Shown here piece by piece: positions 63,290-64,000 of a stretch of 64,000 nucleotides of DNA; the first letter of the stretch is position 1, and the number at the start of each line of letters is the position of its first letter. Made by a program: the position numbers and the translations under genes. The stretch covers positions 171,756 through 235,755 of the forward strand of contig CAVPVN010000002.1 in NCBI GenBank assembly GCA_963709265.1, in the 5' to 3' direction. This DNA comes from an uncultured Actinomycetes bacterium. GTDB taxonomy: Bacteria; Actinomycetota; Thermoleophilia; Gaiellales; Gaiellaceae. A model generated the notes under the pieces. The model ran no database searches, was not told the DNA's origin, and saw only the letters and a program-made list of their open reading frames with translations.

Positions 63290-64000
63290 ATGGACGTCTG
63301 CCTGATGATCGAGGGCCAGGAGGGCGTGACCTGGGAGCAGTGGTTGGCGCTGGCACGGGCGGCCGAGGACGCAGGGCTCGGAGGACTGTTCCGGTCGGAT
63401 CACTACCGCTCGATCGTCCGCGGGGAGCCCGCCGGCTCGCTGGACGCCTGGGCGACCCTCGCGGCGCTCGCGGCATGCACCGAGCGGATTCGGCTCGGGA
63501 CGATGGTCTCGCCGGTCACGTTCCGCCACGCCTCGGTGCTGGCGAAGAACGTCGTCACCGTCGACCACGTCTCCGGCGGGCGGGTCGAGCTCGGGATCGG
63601 GGCAGGCTGGTACGAGGCGGAGCACACGAGCTACGGCTTCCCGTTCGGTACGCAGCGTGACCGCCTCGACGAGCTCGACGGGCAACTCGCCGAGATCACG
63701 CGTCAGTGGACCCAGGCCGGGGACGTCCGGCCGCGCCCCGTCCAGCGGCCGCGGCCGCCGATCATCGTCGGCGGCAGCGCGAAGCCCCGGACCGTCGACG
63801 CCGCGGTCCGCCACGCGGACGAGTACAACACGACCTTCCCCTCGGTCGACGAGGCGCGCGTGCGGGCGCGAGTCGTGGCCGAGGCGGCGCGGGCCGCGGG
63901 CCGTTCGCCACTCAGGTTCTCGATGATGACCGGCGGCGTCGTCGGCCGTGACGACGTGGAGGTTCGGGAACGGGTTGCAGCGTGGCGCGACGTCACGCGC
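63290..64000 (+). CDS. LLM-class (luciferase-like) F420-dependent oxidoreductase, 3'-truncated by the window end
   Basis: Own translation: MDVCLMIEGQEGVTWEQWLALARAAEDAGLGGLFRSDHY...RLGTMVSPVTFRHASVLAKNVVTVDHVSGGRVELGIGAGWYEAEH. Absent from the ORF track because no stop occurs before nt 64000. Confidence 0.8.
   Translation, partial: MDVCLMIEGQEGVTWEQWLALARAAEDAGLGGLFRSDHYRSIVRGEPAGSLDAWATLAALAACTERIRLGTMVSPVTFRHASVLAKNVVTVDHVSGGRVELGIGAGWYEAEHTSYGFPFGTQRDRLDELDGQLAEITRQWTQAGDVRPRPVQRPRPPIIVGGSAKPRTVDAAVRHADEYNTTFPSVDEARVRARVVAEAARAAGRSPLRFSMMTGGVVGRDDVEVRERVAAWRDVTR

Noticed and set aside
1-64000. rRNA, tRNA, tmRNA, CRISPR, prophage and toxin-antitoxin or defence-system signatures.
   Set aside because: Nothing resembling these was found in the intergenic regions or ORF translations. 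The MT0933-like 'antitoxin' has no adjacent toxin-like ORF.

Overview
This is a very GC-rich, gene-dense chromosomal segment that looks actinobacterial: MMPL, F420/LLM, DhmA-like and PimA-like genes, and the rpsF-ssb-rpsR-rplI-dnaB block. Many long Arg/Pro/Gly-rich ORFs in the six-frame track are antisense artefacts of the high GC content. Real genes were called from recognisable protein motifs and from tight start/stop overlaps (ATGA/GTGA), and the starts of fused ORFs were trimmed on that basis.

Main content:
1. xseAB, followed by a tightly coupled six-gene operon: cNMP-binding protein, ECF sigma, an 81-aa protein, an FTCD_C-like protein, a cytoplasmic S8 protease and a GAF protein. This is the most unusual module in the window.
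2. A Shine-Dalgarno-preceded acidic mini-ORF made of 15-bp tandem repeats, next to an MFS transporter fused to a cNMP-binding domain.
3. A GT4 / LPG_synthase_TM pair, an MhqR-like MarR-dioxygenase-esterase module, an adenosine deaminase, two small MGxLD proteins, and a zinc-ribbon/class III cyclase/STAND protein.
4. An NlpC/P60 gene and cystathionine beta-synthase behind a long structured leader that may be a c-di-AMP (ydaO-type) riboswitch.
5. A minus-strand purine supercluster, purA-purD-purB-purC-purS-purQ // purL-purF-purM-purN-purH. It is split by about 20.6 kb of transporter, regulator and detoxification genes, and purL carries two closely spaced frameshifts near its 5' end.
6. An AAC(3)-like acetyltransferase and a stand-alone LigD polymerase domain, with a GAAC-N4-GTTC (LexA/Cheo-type) box upstream of dnaB.
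7. An MBOAT + SGNH O-acylation pair and a partial LLM-class oxidoreductase at the window end.

No rRNA, tRNA, CRISPR array, transposase or integrase was recognised.
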